DNA from: Centroscyllium fabricii
Lineage: Eukaryota
DNA: 64,000 nucleotides
Direction: 5' to 3'
Assembly: GCA_051313645.2 (NCBI GenBank)
Contig: JBNRSN020000075.1
Coordinates: 744,001-808,000, forward strand
Part shown: in pieces, positions 33,530-46,400 of the stretch
Layout of the letters: every line of letters begins with the position of its first letter
Numbering within the stretch: position 1 is the stretch's first letter
The notes under the pieces: generated by a model
Databases searched by the model: none
What the model was told of the DNA's origin: nothing
Seen by the model: the letters and a program-made list of their open reading frames with translations, nothing else
Translations under genes and position numbers: made by a program

Positions 33530-36500
33530 ATGGCTGCTTTATTCAGAAACATCGGTGATTTTGATGAAGAGGTAGAGCAATGGAATGCTTATACAGAACG
33601 TTTTGACTATTTTGTTTTGGCAAATGGCATGGCAAATGATAAGATTGTGCCTACGTCCTTGAGCGTAATTCGAGCAAAGACATACTATTTACTGCGCAGC
33701 CTTGTACAGCCAGTTAAGCCAGGAACTAAAACATATAAAGAACTCGTGGAAAATCTTAAAGCACATTTTTCACCGAAAACTCTGGCTATTGCGGAGCGAT
33801 TTAGATTTCAAAATGGAAGCAAGAGGAAGGGGAAATAGTGATTATGTTTATTGCTGCTTTGAAAAGGTTGTCAGAACACTGTGAATTCAATGAGGTGTTG
33901 AAGGACACCGTTAGAGACAAATCGGTGTGTGGTCTGCAAAGTGCAGCCATACAGAAACACCTTCTTATTGAGGACAATCTCACTCTTTAAAAGGCCATTG
34001 AAGTTAGTGTCTCCATGGAGATGGCGGAAAAGGAGGCTCAACAGTTTAGTACAACAGGGAGAGTTCACAAGGTGTCGTCGGAGCCTAAAAGAGTGCGGAA
34101 CGGCACATTACCGTCGTGGGAAAATGGGCCATTACGCTAATGACTGCTGGTGTACGGAGCTGGAATGCCGAAACTGTGGCAAAAAGAGTCACACCGAACG
34201 TGCCTACAGAGGAAAAAAAGGAACAGACAGAGCAGGGAAGCACGAAAACAAAATGTCTACATTTGGACAAAAGAAGAAAAAGCATGTTCATTCAGTGCGG
34301 CATGACAGAATAAGCAAAGCAGAGAGAAGCGACACCCCTGAGGATGAGGAGGTGCAAATATTGACGGTTGCAGGTGGCCCAAATGGTTACTGGGTATCAC
34401 CGCCGGTGGAGGGATAATCAGTGCGGATGGAGGTGGACACAGGCGCGGCTGTGTCCCTTGTTTCAGACACTGTCTACAACAAAATGCTAAAGCACATTAC
34501 CTTTCAGCCAACAAACATTTTATTAAAGACGTATACCGGCAAACCGGTGGCCATGAGAGGTGTCATGGAGGTGACAGTTAAATTGAATGGACAGACTGCA
34601 AAACTGCCACGATATGTGGTAAAGGGAAATTACCCATTTCCACTGGGACGTGTGTGGCTAGAGAAAATCACGCTGGACTGGCTTGCAGTCCGCATGATGT
34701 CAAAAGGGGAGTCAGGTCTGACTGCAGTTTTAAACAAACATGCAGAACACTTCAATGGGGGACTTGGGAGCATGAAAAAGATCAGCGTGAGACTGGACAT
34801 TAAACCTGACAGCAAGCCGATGTTTCACAAAGCCCGATCTGTACCCTATGCAATTAGGCCAAAAGTTGAGGCTAACTTGGAGGCCTTAGTCAAGAAGACA
34901 GTCCTGGAGCCTGTGAGCATGAGCAAATGGGCTACAGCCATTTTTCCTCTCCTAAAAAAGGAGGGATCTATTTGAATCTGCGGGGATTTTTAAGTGACTA
35001 TTAACCCGGTGCTGTTGGCAGAACAGTACCCTCTTCCCCTCATTGGTGATCTCTTTACGGGCCTGGCTGGAGGGCAAAGTTCAGCAAAATCGACTTATGC
35101 CAGGCTTACCTACAAATGCATGTAAATGACAAATCAAAGGAGCTGCTGACAATTGTGACACACAAGGGGCTATACAGGTACTGCCACCTTCCATTTGGAA
35201 TTACGTCGGCCCCTGCTCTATTCCAAAGGGCAATGGACCAAATTTTGAGTGGACTGCCAGGAGTCCAGTGCTACCTGGGTGACATCCTTGTCACTGGAAC
35301 GAATGAGGAGGATCATCTTCTGAATTTGAATGCGACACTATAGTGACTGAAAGACTACGGACTCAGAGTTCGTAAGGACAAATGTGAACTTTTTCAGTCT
35401 TCTGTTGAGTACCTGGGGCATGTGATTGATGCTATCGGCCTGCACAAGGCGCCGTCCAGGTCAAGGCGATCATGGAGGCCTCAGCACCCCAGAATGTGAG
35501 CCAGTTACGTTCATTCCTGGGGCTACTTAACTATTATGGAAAGTTTATTCCAAACTTAGCAACATTGCTGAAGCCATTACACCAGTTGCTATGTCAAGGC
35601 AAAACATGGAAGTGGACTGCGCTGTGCAATGAAACTTTTGCCCAAGCAAAGAAAGCATTGCTGAAGTCGGAGGTCCTGACACACTTCGACCCAAAGCTAC
35701 CCTTGCAGCTAGCATGTGATGCATCACCATATGGGGTGGGAGCAGTCACATCCCACATCATGCCTTCTGGTGAAGAGCAACCTATTCCCTTGGCATCGCG
35801 CACCTTGAACAAGGCTGAGAGTAACTATGCACAGATTGAGCGCGAGGCATTGGGAATCGTTTTTGGAATTTGAAAATTTCATCAGTACTTGTTTGGGAGA
35901 AGGTTCACACTCCTGACGGACCATCGTCCGTTGACATCAATCTTTGGGCCCCACACCGGAATTCCATCTCTCGCTGCAAGCAGGATGCAAAGATGGGCCT
36001 TGCTGTTGTCGGGACACACATACGATATCAAATATCGTAAATCATAATTGCACGGCAATGCAAATGGTCTCTCGAGGCTGCCCTTGCCTGTTACTCACCC
36101 AGAGCCTCATCAGATAGACATCTTCTACTTCAAACAAGTTGAGGGAGCACCTGTCACTGCAGCCCAGGTGCGAAGGCACACCCACAATGATCCAGTTCTG
36201 TCTGAGGCAATGGACGATGTCATTCGAGGGAGAGCTATAGGAGATTATCCTCAGTTGAAACCTGACATTTCAAAAAGAAATGAGCTCTCCATCCAGGCAG
36301 GTTGTCTCCTCTGGGGACACCATGTCATCATTCCGCCACCTCTGAGGGAAACTGTACTGCAACAACTTCATGCAGGCCACAGTGGGATGGTTCGGATGAA
36401 GGAAATGGCCAGAAGCTACTTCTGGTGGCCAGGTCTCAATGGAAACATTGAGGAGAAAGCCAAAACATGTTCCCCATGTCAAAGGGTCCGGAATGTGCCA

Positions 36501-37508
36501 CAGCTGGCACCCCTACACCCCTGGGATTGGCCTGAAGAAGTGTGGCAGCGCATACATGTGGACTTCGCCGGTCCTTTTGAAGAGAAGATGTTTATGGTGG
36601 TTGTGGATGTTCGTAGCAAGTAGCCAGAGGTGGCTGTGATGAGGTCTACCACCGCAGAGAAAACAATTGAGAAACTCGGTGAGATGGTCAGCCGTTATGG
36701 CTCACCAGAGCAACTCGTAAGTGACAACGGTCCACAATTTGCGTCACAGGAGTTTGCAACTTTCCTGCAAGTGAATGGTGTCCAACACATCAGGTCTGCG
36801 CCCTACCATCCCTCTACTAACAGCCTGGCAGAAAGGTTCGTGCAAAGCTTGAATCATGCCTCGAAGGCATCGCAAGGTCAGGGCTCAATCCACCAACGTT
36901 TGAACAGATTCCTGTTGTCCTACAGGAATGAGCCGCATGCCAGAACCAAAACGTCCCCCGCTTTGCTCATGATGAAGAGGCAGTTGCGGACAAGTTTTGA
37001 CTTACTCAAACCTCCAAGGACAGAGCAGGTTGTCCAACGTCAACAACACGCTCAAGTTGAAAGAAGGCAGATAAGAGCCAAGGAGAGATGGTTTCATCCT
37101 GGAGTGCAAGTCCTAGCTCAAAACTACAACACTGGACCGAAATGGGTTCCTGCTACGGTGATCGCACAGACGGGCCCTGTGTTGTACATGGTTGAGACTG
37201 CTGAGGACGTCATCTGGAGAAGACACACTGATCAACTGCTAGGAGCAGAGACAGCCACCAAGGCTCCAAAGGCTGATTGGCCTGAACTGTTTCCGGATGA
37301 CACCGCAAACCAGCATCCTTCTGCACAGTGCTCTTCTCCAACACAGGAAGTTAAAGAGACTGTTCCACCTGTACAAACTCCTGACTTTCGACTAACACAG
37401 GCACCTACTCCATCCAGTCCTGTGTCAATGTCTACTGCTGTTGAAGCCAGCGATGCCCGCCGGTATCCTGTCAGAGAGCGGCGGCCTCCAAGACGCTTGG
37501 ATATGTAG
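33530..37508 (+). pseudogene. gag-pol: Gypsy D gag-pol, fragmented
   Basis: WNAYTERFDYF, VDTGAA, LPFGITSAPALFQ, CDASPYG, HAGHSG, HVDFAGP and SDNGPQF. Many stops. Confidence 0.92.
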
Positions 37509-37786
37509 GCTTAGTGACTTACCCACAAGAATGGAGCAGAATAAACCCCAGGGTAAAATCAGGGTTTGAGGCAGTCTACCCCTACCCTTAGTTAGTTGAG
37601 TGCATTGGGCGTAATTTACTTGTTGAGGAATAATGTGAACATTTTATTTAAGGGGGAGGAATATGTTATGTATGATGTGTATGTATGTGTTATCCTCCCA
37701 CCTGTGGTGGCACTGCTACAGCACTGCACAGCCATGAGGTTCTTTTACTTTTTACTTTCACTTTCTCTTTTAACCGTTGATTAAAC

Positions 37787-38011
37787 TGTAATGTTTAATG
37801 CTGCTATGGGCAGGACTTTTATTTTGAAGCACTACTGCTGTAAACAGCACTCTTATGTTGAAGCACTCTGAAACCGAAACAAAAAGTTAGCAGTGTGTAA
37901 TGGAGGATACAGAACCTCATGGTGTATTGTGAGACAGAATTAAAAAGTGCTGAAGCTCCCAGACAACTGCGTGGACCTGGTTTTATTTACAGTAGGCAGT
38001 TAGCCACAACA
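37787..38011. mobile_element. Solo LTR (225 bp) inserted in the 3' LTR of Gypsy D
   Basis: TGTAAT...CAACA termini and TSD TAAAC at 37782-37786 and 38012-38016. Absent from the 5' LTR. Confidence 0.85.
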
Positions 38012-39807
38012 TAAACTAAACAGCTTTTTACAGCTCGGTAGTTTGAATTCTCTTTGTGTTTAAGTAGATAGACTTGGATACAATAATGCTGACTTAATTT
38101 CAGTAGTGAGTGATATATGCCCATCTTCAAAATGATAGGTTGCAACATTCTTAGCTTTGCAGTAATATTCATGTATTTTCACTCTGCCAGAGAGAAAGCA
38201 GTTGAAGGACCTCATGGATGTTGAATCCTCAGAGGAGCTGATTACTTCTGGCGGTGCACCATCACAGGACCAGTGCCTACCATGCACCAGCGTCGATACT
38301 CACACTTTGGTGGATGGAGGTAATGATGAGCAGGAAAATGAGGATGATCTAGAAGAATATCCTGTGTCATGCCTGGTCCAAGATATGTTCCAAGTGCTCT
38401 AATAAGGGACATAGTCTCGAAGAAGCCTGTGATCATCAGCGATCTAAATTGCAACTCCACCCATTTGTACATAAAAATTTCAATCGGAATCCTGCAATGG
38501 CATCAGTTCCCGATCTGCATACATGTAGAGCCTCCCACTTGAAACAAGCGTACAAGTTGTTCGCACATTTCTAGCCCCACCTGAAAATTGCACCAGTGGG
38601 CCTTATGCATCCAAGAGCGACCAATCTTAGACTGGAAGTGTGTGCGACACAATTGGTGCTGCACAATGCCCATACTGGCAGCACGTGCAACACTGAGACA
38701 TTGATTGTGGCATAAAGGCAACTGCTAAGGTGGTGCTGATGCCCTTCAGTGGTGTGGATGGTGCACTTACCTTGTCCATTCTGATCAAGTCATTAAAATA
38801 CTTTTATTCACTGAATTACTGCTCTGGGGGTCGTGGAGCTGGCATTAACTGCTTCAACCAGCTCCCTCCACTGTGCCGTCGCTGTGGCACATACTGCCAA
38901 CTTTGCCCTCATTTCTTCCAAAGGTACCTCCATCCCTCCATCTGAGAAGTTGGAGTGGCTTCTTGCTGCCGGTTTTCTGGCAGCTGTGATTTCCAGCTCT
39001 GGTTCTCTGCTTCAATTGCTCACACTTCCCCTTTACGCTGCTACAAGTCTCTAAATCCTGCAGCAGCACGTCAATCTCCACCCCCACAAGTAAATGCGAC
39101 CAATCCTCAGCGGGTGTCTCATGGGAGCCCACCGACAATCGTTGTTATGGTTGACGGTGTGCTGTGATTGATTTGTGACACTACCTATTTATTATATTCC
39201 TGGACTGGATTTCAAAGGTCAGATTGGATCGGAGACAAGCCACAATCTGACCTTCAAAATGCAATATAACTTGAGCAATTTATACTCGAGCTCAGAAGGA
39301 CATTTTACAACGATTTTATTTTTTGTTGGCCTTTCTACCTACACATGCCTGGACTTGCTTCTCACGGCTTCTGATATTGTGAGATCATGGGGGTGGGGGG
39401 GAATTTTCACCACTTTTCACCTACAGTCAAGGATCTCAGGAGAAGGTATGGCATTCCTGATGGGCATTACCTTGTATGCCATCATAGAGGAGGAGGTGCA
39501 GCACAGGATAGAATAAAGGAGAGTCAGGCACCATTTAAGAGGGATGAATCCCACCAAATATTACCCCCCTCCGACATAGAATGCTCAAGCAACATGGGTC
39601 TATGAGGACCGTAGTGAGGAGATGTGCGTAAGAAGAGTGTGCTTCACCAGTGAAGTAATAGGGCAGCTCAGCTACCGACTGCACGAGGTCCTGCAGCCAT
39701 GGTCATCTGCCTGCACTGCTCTCTCTGGCTATGAAGGCTATAAAGGCACATAACATTTGTAAGAAGTCACACAACACCAGGTTATAGTCCAACAGTTTTA
39801 TTTTAAA

Positions 39808-39844
39808 TCACAAGCTTTCAGAGCGCTGCTCCTTCATCAGGTGA
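39808..39844 (-). ncRNA. Minimal type I hammerhead ribozyme
   Basis: Minus strand: TCAC-CTGATGA-A-GGAGC-agc-GCTCT-GAA-AGCT-T-GTGA. Confidence 0.75.
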
Positions 39845-40424
39845 AGTGAAGTTGATCCAAAGAAAGCACATATGCAAGGGAGAGAGAAATCTGAACTCTC
39901 CCACATCTCGCCTTAGCAAAGAGACAAACATAGCAGACAAAGGTGTATTAACATATTTTAACATATCAGTCTGAGATCAATGAGGCACAGTCACAAAGAG
40001 TCAAATGCTGCAGTCCTTTCTAGCTACACATGCCTGGACTTGCTTCTCACAGCTTCTGATAGTGTGAGATCATGGGGGGGGGGGGAGGGGGCGATTGCTC
40101 CTCTATTATGTATAGTTGTGTCATGTTGTACTTGGCACAACTTCACGCTATAACAAATCCTGGACTTGGACATTATTGGGGATGTGAAGTAGCTGCTTTG
40201 GAGGCAGAACTACATATAGAAGAGCATCATAATGAGTTGCATTTAGAAGACTGCAGCATTTGACCCTTTGTGACTGTGCCTCATTGATCTCAGACTGACA
40301 TGTTAAAATATGTTAATACACCTTTGTCTGCTATGTTTGTCTCTTTGCTAAGGTGAGATGTGAGAGAGATCAGATTTCTCTCTCCCTTGCATATGTGCTT
40401 TCTTTGGATCAACTTCACTTCACT

Positions 40425-40461
40425 TCACCTGACGAAGGAGCTACGCTCCGAAAGCTTGTGA
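40425..40461 (+). ncRNA. Minimal type I hammerhead ribozyme
   Basis: TCAC-CTGACGA-A-GGAGC-tac-GCTCC-GAA-AGCT-T-GTGA: core CUGANGA/GAAA, 5-bp stem II, palindromic stem III AGCT, stem I TCAC/GTGA. Confidence 0.8.
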
Positions 40462-41403
40462 TTTAAAATAAAACTGTTGGACTATAACCTGGTGTTGTGT
40501 GACTTCTTGCATTTGTCCACCCCAGTCCAACACCGGCACCTCCACATCATAACATTTGTGACATGGGCCCATGTCAGACAGCCATGGGTGCTCTCTGTGA
40601 TACCAGCCAGGGTTGTGCTCATCAGGTGAGTGACACACTTTACAGGAGAACTGGAGAATTCATCACCTTTGACATCCATGGCATTAATGGCATTCTTTGC
40701 GAGCTTCTATCAAAAACTCTCAATTTCCTCATGAGGAAGGGCTTTCAGTCCCTCAAAACATTGATTCTGTGTGATTTCACGCAAAGGATTCCACATGTCA
40801 CTGTCGGATATGCTCAAAGTTGTCAAAAAGCAAGCATGGTTCAAAATTTAGCCCTTCCAGCCATCTTCAGGGAAGAACCTCATGTCAATGGATGGTTTGT
40901 TGGTGACAAAACCTAACCCTGATCCCACTGATAATGACCCCATTCAGTGGCCTCAACAGCAGTAGAGGAGTGAAACAATGAGACACGTGCCTCCATAAGA
41001 TTTGTCATTGGTACATTTCCACAGCTTAGACTGGTGTAGAAAGGCTCTGCTGTATGCTCCTGTATTATGTATAGTTGTGTCATGTTGTACCTGGCACAAC
41101 TTCACGATATAACAAATCCTTGACTTGGACATTATTGGGGATGTGAAGTAGCTGCTTTGGAGGCAGAACTACATATAGAAGAGCATCATAATGAATTGCA
41201 TTTAGAAGGCTCCTCAGTGACTGCTGCAAGGGGCATCAGACCACATCTCATCACTGAAACCTTTGCTTCTTTTTAACACAGCCTCCCTTGAACACCAGTG
41301 CCTTACCTCATTCTGCCCATCCAAATAAAGGAACATTCTTTCAGTTCAGTTCCCAACCTAGAAGATAACAACACACCAACCCGCTTTGGTTTTTACATAA
41401 CTA

Positions 41404-42474
41404 CAGGTTGAGCACCGGTAATCCGGCACCCGATGGTTCGGCACCTTCAGTGGTCTCGCATGAATTGAAACCGGCGGTCTTCAGTTTGCGGAGTAGCTGC
41501 TCGGTGGTGCCACCGTTTTCCGCGAAGGGTGGGTGAGCGCCGAAGGCGTCGGGTGTTTGGGTTGCTGCTTTTTTAAGGCTTGCAAGTGTTCTATCCCCGG
41601 GCTCCCTCCCAGGGAGTGTTCTACCCGCACGCTCCGGGCCCTGGGGAGTGTTCTACCCGCGCGCTCCGGGCCCCGGGGAGTGTTCTACCCGCGCGCTCTG
41701 GGTCCCGGGGAGTGTTCTACCTGCATGCTCCGGGCCTCAGGGAGTGTTCTACCCACGTGCTCTGGGCCCCGGGGAATGTTCTATCCCCGGACTCCCTCCC
41801 GGGGAGTGTTCTACCTGCGCGCTCCGGGCCCCAGGGAGTGTTCTACCTGCATGCTCCGGGCTCCAGGGAGTGTTCTACCCGCGCACTCTGGGCCCCGGGG
41901 AGTGTTCTACCTGCATGCTCTGGGCCCCGGGGAGTGTTCTACCCATGCGCTCTGGGCCCCAGGGAGTGTTCTACCCGCGTGCTCCGGGCCCCGGGGAGTG
42001 TTCTACCCGCGCGCTCCGGGCCCCGGGGAGTGTTCTACCCGTGTGCCTTCTTTTCTCGATGATGATGTTGGAAACATTGGCATAGAAACCGGAGCTTGCT
42101 GCTTGTGCCAAAACCTGCCATTGCCATCGAGCTGAGGGAATGAATGATCACTTTTATCAGGCTGCGATCAAGGTCAGTGCACTTGCTTACGTTCAGAATG
42201 GACCAAACGAAGACATCGCTTGCAGGTTGCATGCGCGTCCCTAATGAAAAACATTCGCTTTTTTTTCCCCCAAAAAAACTTCCTGTTGTCCAAGGGTGAG
42301 CCCGTTTATCGGCACAGACCTGCATCTAACTTTGAACTGAATGCCTTGGGGATGACAGGAATCTGTATTTACACTGGCACCGGGATCTTCCCCCAAACCT
42401 TCAGTGGTTCGGAATTTTCAGTGGTCCGGCACCAGCCTGGACCTGAGGGTGCCGGATTACCGGCGCTCAACCTG
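41404..42474. mobile_element. Non-autonomous Tc1/mariner (Tigger/pogo-like) element
   Basis: 27-bp TIRs CAGGTTGAGC(A/G)CCGGTAATCCGGCACC and TA TSD. No transposase. Confidence 0.9.
41584..42045. repeat. GC-rich minisatellite, 32-bp unit, about 14-15 copies
   Basis: Unit GGGGAGTGTTCTACCCGCGCGCTCCGGGCCCC. GTGTTCTA recurs at 41648, 41680 and 41712. Two shorter variant units. Confidence 0.95.
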
Positions 42475-43429
42475 TACCAATAATTATCGCCTGATTGAAT
42501 AAGTCAGCACCAAATAGTTGCAGCTTTTCCTGTATGATTCTAACAGCCATGAATAACCAAGCATGACAAAGGTGCAGATTTTATTTTATTACAACAAAAT
42601 CCAAAGTGAACACAAGCCAAACTATTCTTTCCAAACGCCATCATGCTTCCCCTATGTGCCCGAGATGGAGAGGCAGAGGTTCAGCTGCAGCAATTCACGT
42701 TAACACCACAGGTATGATCACTGCGGAATTCTTATCCCTGTGTCTTTTCCATCCCTCCATAACTACTTTTTGGCATGGATTGCAACCCACTCTCCCTGCT
42801 GCTCCAAATCCTGAAATTGTCACAGGTGTTCCACCTAACTCTACATATGTGTTTGCGCCTCTGTCGGCTAATCCCCATAACACATGGGGGGTGTGGGGGG
42901 GGATTATATGAAGTTAAACCTGTGACTTAAACCCAGTATTTCACAGTGTCAGTAATAATCGCCCAGTTTTTGCTGCCAAAATAATGGCGAGTTTAATGGC
43001 CTGCGGCATTATTAATGTGTAAATCATCCAACAACTTGTGGTGAGGAACAGGTGCCCCATGAACTGTGAATTGCAAGGTCCCAGATGCCTCGTTGCCCGC
43101 GCCATTATCAGTTCGCACTTCCGGCAACTTGTAGGACTGTGGTAACCGTTATTACCATCTGTATATAGTTGCGAGTGCATTGGCGGGACTTGTACACTGT
43201 GGGGTCACATATACCTGTATACTGTATGTAAAACCAGGTCAGCCACACCTCTAACTCCTCCCCTCAGGTGGGAGCTTATAGGTAAGGGCCGCCCTGCCCC
43301 CGTTCATTCTCGCCATGAACTCGACTGGAGACTAGCTCCATATAAAGTTAATAAAAGCCAAAAGTTAAGGTAACTACTCGTCTTTTGTCTTAATTGATGA
43401 TACGTCAATTTTATTAACTTTATTTTAAA

Positions 43430-46400
43430 ATGGAGTGTAATGCAGTGAAACCGAACCAACTTGATATAAATCCTCAAGAACCCGACGCTGCTAACAATTT
43501 TGAACATTGGTTCGGCCTGGTCGAGGCCTACATGAAGACCGCAAAGGCAACACACGATGAGGCCAAACTACAAGTCCTCTCGTCGCGGATCAGCAGCCGG
43601 GTGTACTCCTTCATCTGCGGCCTCACGACATACGCGGAGGCGGTGAAAAAGTTTAAGGACTGCTACATGCGCCCGCTCCACTCGGACTATGCCAGGCATG
43701 TCCTGGCGACCAGACAACAGTGACTCGGCGAGTCAAACAAACAATTCCTTTTGGCACTTCAAGCCCTCGCACGGGCCTGCGACTGCCAGCCAAGAACGGC
43801 GCAGGAGGAGACTGATCTCCTTGTACGAGACGCATATGTGGCTAGAATCAGGTCCAACCAGGCCCGTCAGCGGCTGCTGGAAAAGGACATTCTGTCGCTG
43901 GAAGAAGCGATCACAATCTCGAATGCGGTGGACGGAGCACGCCGCAAGCTGGAGGCGTATGGCGGCCAAGGCCCACATGATACCCTCGATCTCTGGGCGC
44001 CACCACGACGCGCCGAGAACCCCACGATGGCAACGGCAGCTGCGAAGATGCCGGCAGGGCACAAGTGCTACTTCTGCGGCTAGGGATGCACCCGCGAGCG
44101 CAGTGCCCCGCGAGGAGCACGACCTGGAAGCGGTGCGCGAAAAAGGGGCACTGCGCCAGAGCATGCAAGTCCAACCCAGTGTCCAGCTCCAGACCCAACA
44201 GCGCAGCCTGCGAAAACTCCAACGCCATTCCATGGCCTAAGGTACAATGTTGCAGCGCGACCCAGCAGCGCGACCCAGCAGCGGTCCGGGGGTAAATCGT
44301 GGGCGCTTCAGTCCCCCATATCAGTACGGTGGTGGCCGGCCGTGTGCGCGGCACAGGCGCCGCCACACCAAAGGTGACAGTGGCCGGCCATGTGCGACCC
44401 CCGGCGCCGCAATCTTGCCCAGCGCGGTCCGCCGCGTGCGAACCACAGGCGTCGCCATCCCTCCCAGCGCGGTCCGCCGCGTGCGAACCACGGGCGCCGC
44501 CATCTCATCCACCGCAGTCCGCTGCGTGCGAATCACAGGCGCCGCCATCTTGTCCACCGCGTGCGAATCACGGGCGCCGCCATCTTGTTCTCAGCGGCCA
44601 GTCATGTGCGACCCACCGGCGCCGCAATCTTATTCACCACGGTCAGCCGCGCGCAAACCACGGGCGCCGCCATCTTGTCCACAACAGCCGGACTCAAACG
44701 CGTTGCCAGCGCCGCCATCTTGCGAACGGCCATCTTGCCAACTGCCCCGGCTGGGGCGCCAGCTAGCGGAGGGCCCCCACACACACGCACACACCTCGGC
44801 CTCAGCCACTGTCGACCAGGCTAGGCTGCACACCTTATCAAATTCCATGATGGGGATTAAAGTGGACGGGCACATCACTAACTGCCTGTTCGACACCGGT
44901 AGCACAGAGAGCTTCATCCACCCTGATACAGTTTGGCGCTACGCACTGCGGACCCAGCCCACGCACTACCAAATCTCCCTTGCCTCAAAGTCCCACACGG
45001 CGGACGTCACCGGCTACTGCTCCATCACGCTCACAGTCAGGGACTGCGTGTACCGCAATTTCAAACTGTACATCCTCCAGCAGTTGTGTGCCCCAGTCTT
45101 ACTGGGACTGGATATCCAGTGCCACCTGAAGAGCGTTACAATGGATTTCGGTGGGACCCTGGCCCCACTCACCGTCAGTAGCCGGGACAATCCCCACTTA
45201 AAGCGGAGCTCGACTTGTGGCCTGTCCACCCTGAAATTCGACCCCCCTCGCTGTTCGCCAACCTCGACCCCAATTGCAAACCCATTGCTACTAAGAGTCG
45301 GCGTTACAGTGCAGGGGACCGGGTGTTTATCAGGTCGGAAGTCCGGCGTATGCTGCAAGAGGGGATAATTGAGGCCAGCACCAGCCCCTGGCGGGCCCAG
45401 GTCGTGGTGGTTAAGACCGGCGAGAAACTACGCATGGTCATCGACTATAGCCAGATGATTAACCGCTACACCGGGCTCGACGCCTACCCCCTCCCCCGCA
45501 TCTCGGATATGGTGAACCAGATCGCCCAGTACAAGGTCTTTTCAACAATCGACCTCAAGTCGGCGTATCACCAACTCCCCATCCGGAAATCCGACCGCCA
45601 GTACACCGCCTTTGAGGCGAACGGCCGGCTCTACCACTTCCTCCGGGTCCCCTTCGGCGTGACCAACGGAGTGTCGGTGTTCCAAAGGGAAATGGACCGT
45701 ATGGTTGACCAGAACGGGTTGCAGGCCACCTTCCCCAACCTGGAAAACGTGACCATCTGCGGCCATGATCAGCAGGACCACGATGCCAACCTCGCCAAAT
45801 TTCTGCACACGGCGAAACGGGTAGATCTCACGTACAATAAAGACAAGTGTGTCTTTAGTACAGATCAGCTCGCTATCCTCGGATACGTGGTGGAAAACGG
45901 GGTCCTTGGCCCCGACCCACAATGTATGTGCCCCTTGCAAGAGCTGCCCCTACCTCACAACCCCAAAGCCCTGAGGAGATGTCTGGGATTTTTTTCCTAT
46001 TACGCGCAATGGGTCCCCCAGTACGTTGATAAGGCCAGACCGCTCCTCAAGGCTGACGTCTTCCCCCTCTCGGTAGAAGCCCAAACGGCATTGATGAGTC
46101 CATCCCTTTCCAGTTGGAGAGGGACGCTTCGGAATGTGCCCTTGCCGCCACCCTGAACCAGGCAGGCCCGTAGCGTTTTTCTCCTGGACCCTACAGGGAC
46201 CTGAAACTCGCCACTCAGCAGTGGAAAAGGAGGCCCAGGCCATCGTGGAGGCAGTGCGCCACTAGCGTCATTACCTGGCCGGTAAGCATTTTACCCTGCT
46301 CACTGACCAACGGTCGGTAGCATTTATGTTTAATACTGAACAACGGGGTAAAATCAAGAATGATAAGATCCTGCGGTGGCGGAGCGAACTCTCGACTTAC

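Larger units (their letters stand above)
33169..38085 (+). mobile_element. Gypsy (Mag-like) LTR retrotransposon D
   Basis: LTRs 33169-33347 and 37664-38085 (interrupted). TSD ATGCT. PBS TGGCGAC. PPT AAGGGGGAGGAA. Confidence 0.93.
39761..40547. mobile_element. Penelope-like element remnant: two inverted terminal (pLTR) arms around a locally templated spacer
   Basis: 39761-40015 is the reverse complement of about 40249-40508. The arms carry CTGTTGGACTATAACCTGGTGTTGTG and a hammerhead motif. CATAACATTTGT is duplicated at 39749-39760 and 40548-40559. Confidence 0.8.
39388..41340 (+). pseudogene. Highly degenerate Harbinger transposase region
   Basis: GGGGGGAATTTT terminus near 39395. Fragments YEDRSEE..CFT, RKGFQSL, GWFVGDKT and CCHVVPG resemble Harbinger RKGFHS / GWLLGDKGY / CCxLHN. 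Right boundary approximate. Confidence 0.6.

Noticed and set aside
41533-42135. Three overlapping repetitive ORFs; superficially CRISPR-like periodicity
   Set aside because: A stop-free 32-bp minisatellite with no unique spacers and no cas genes, in a eukaryotic context.
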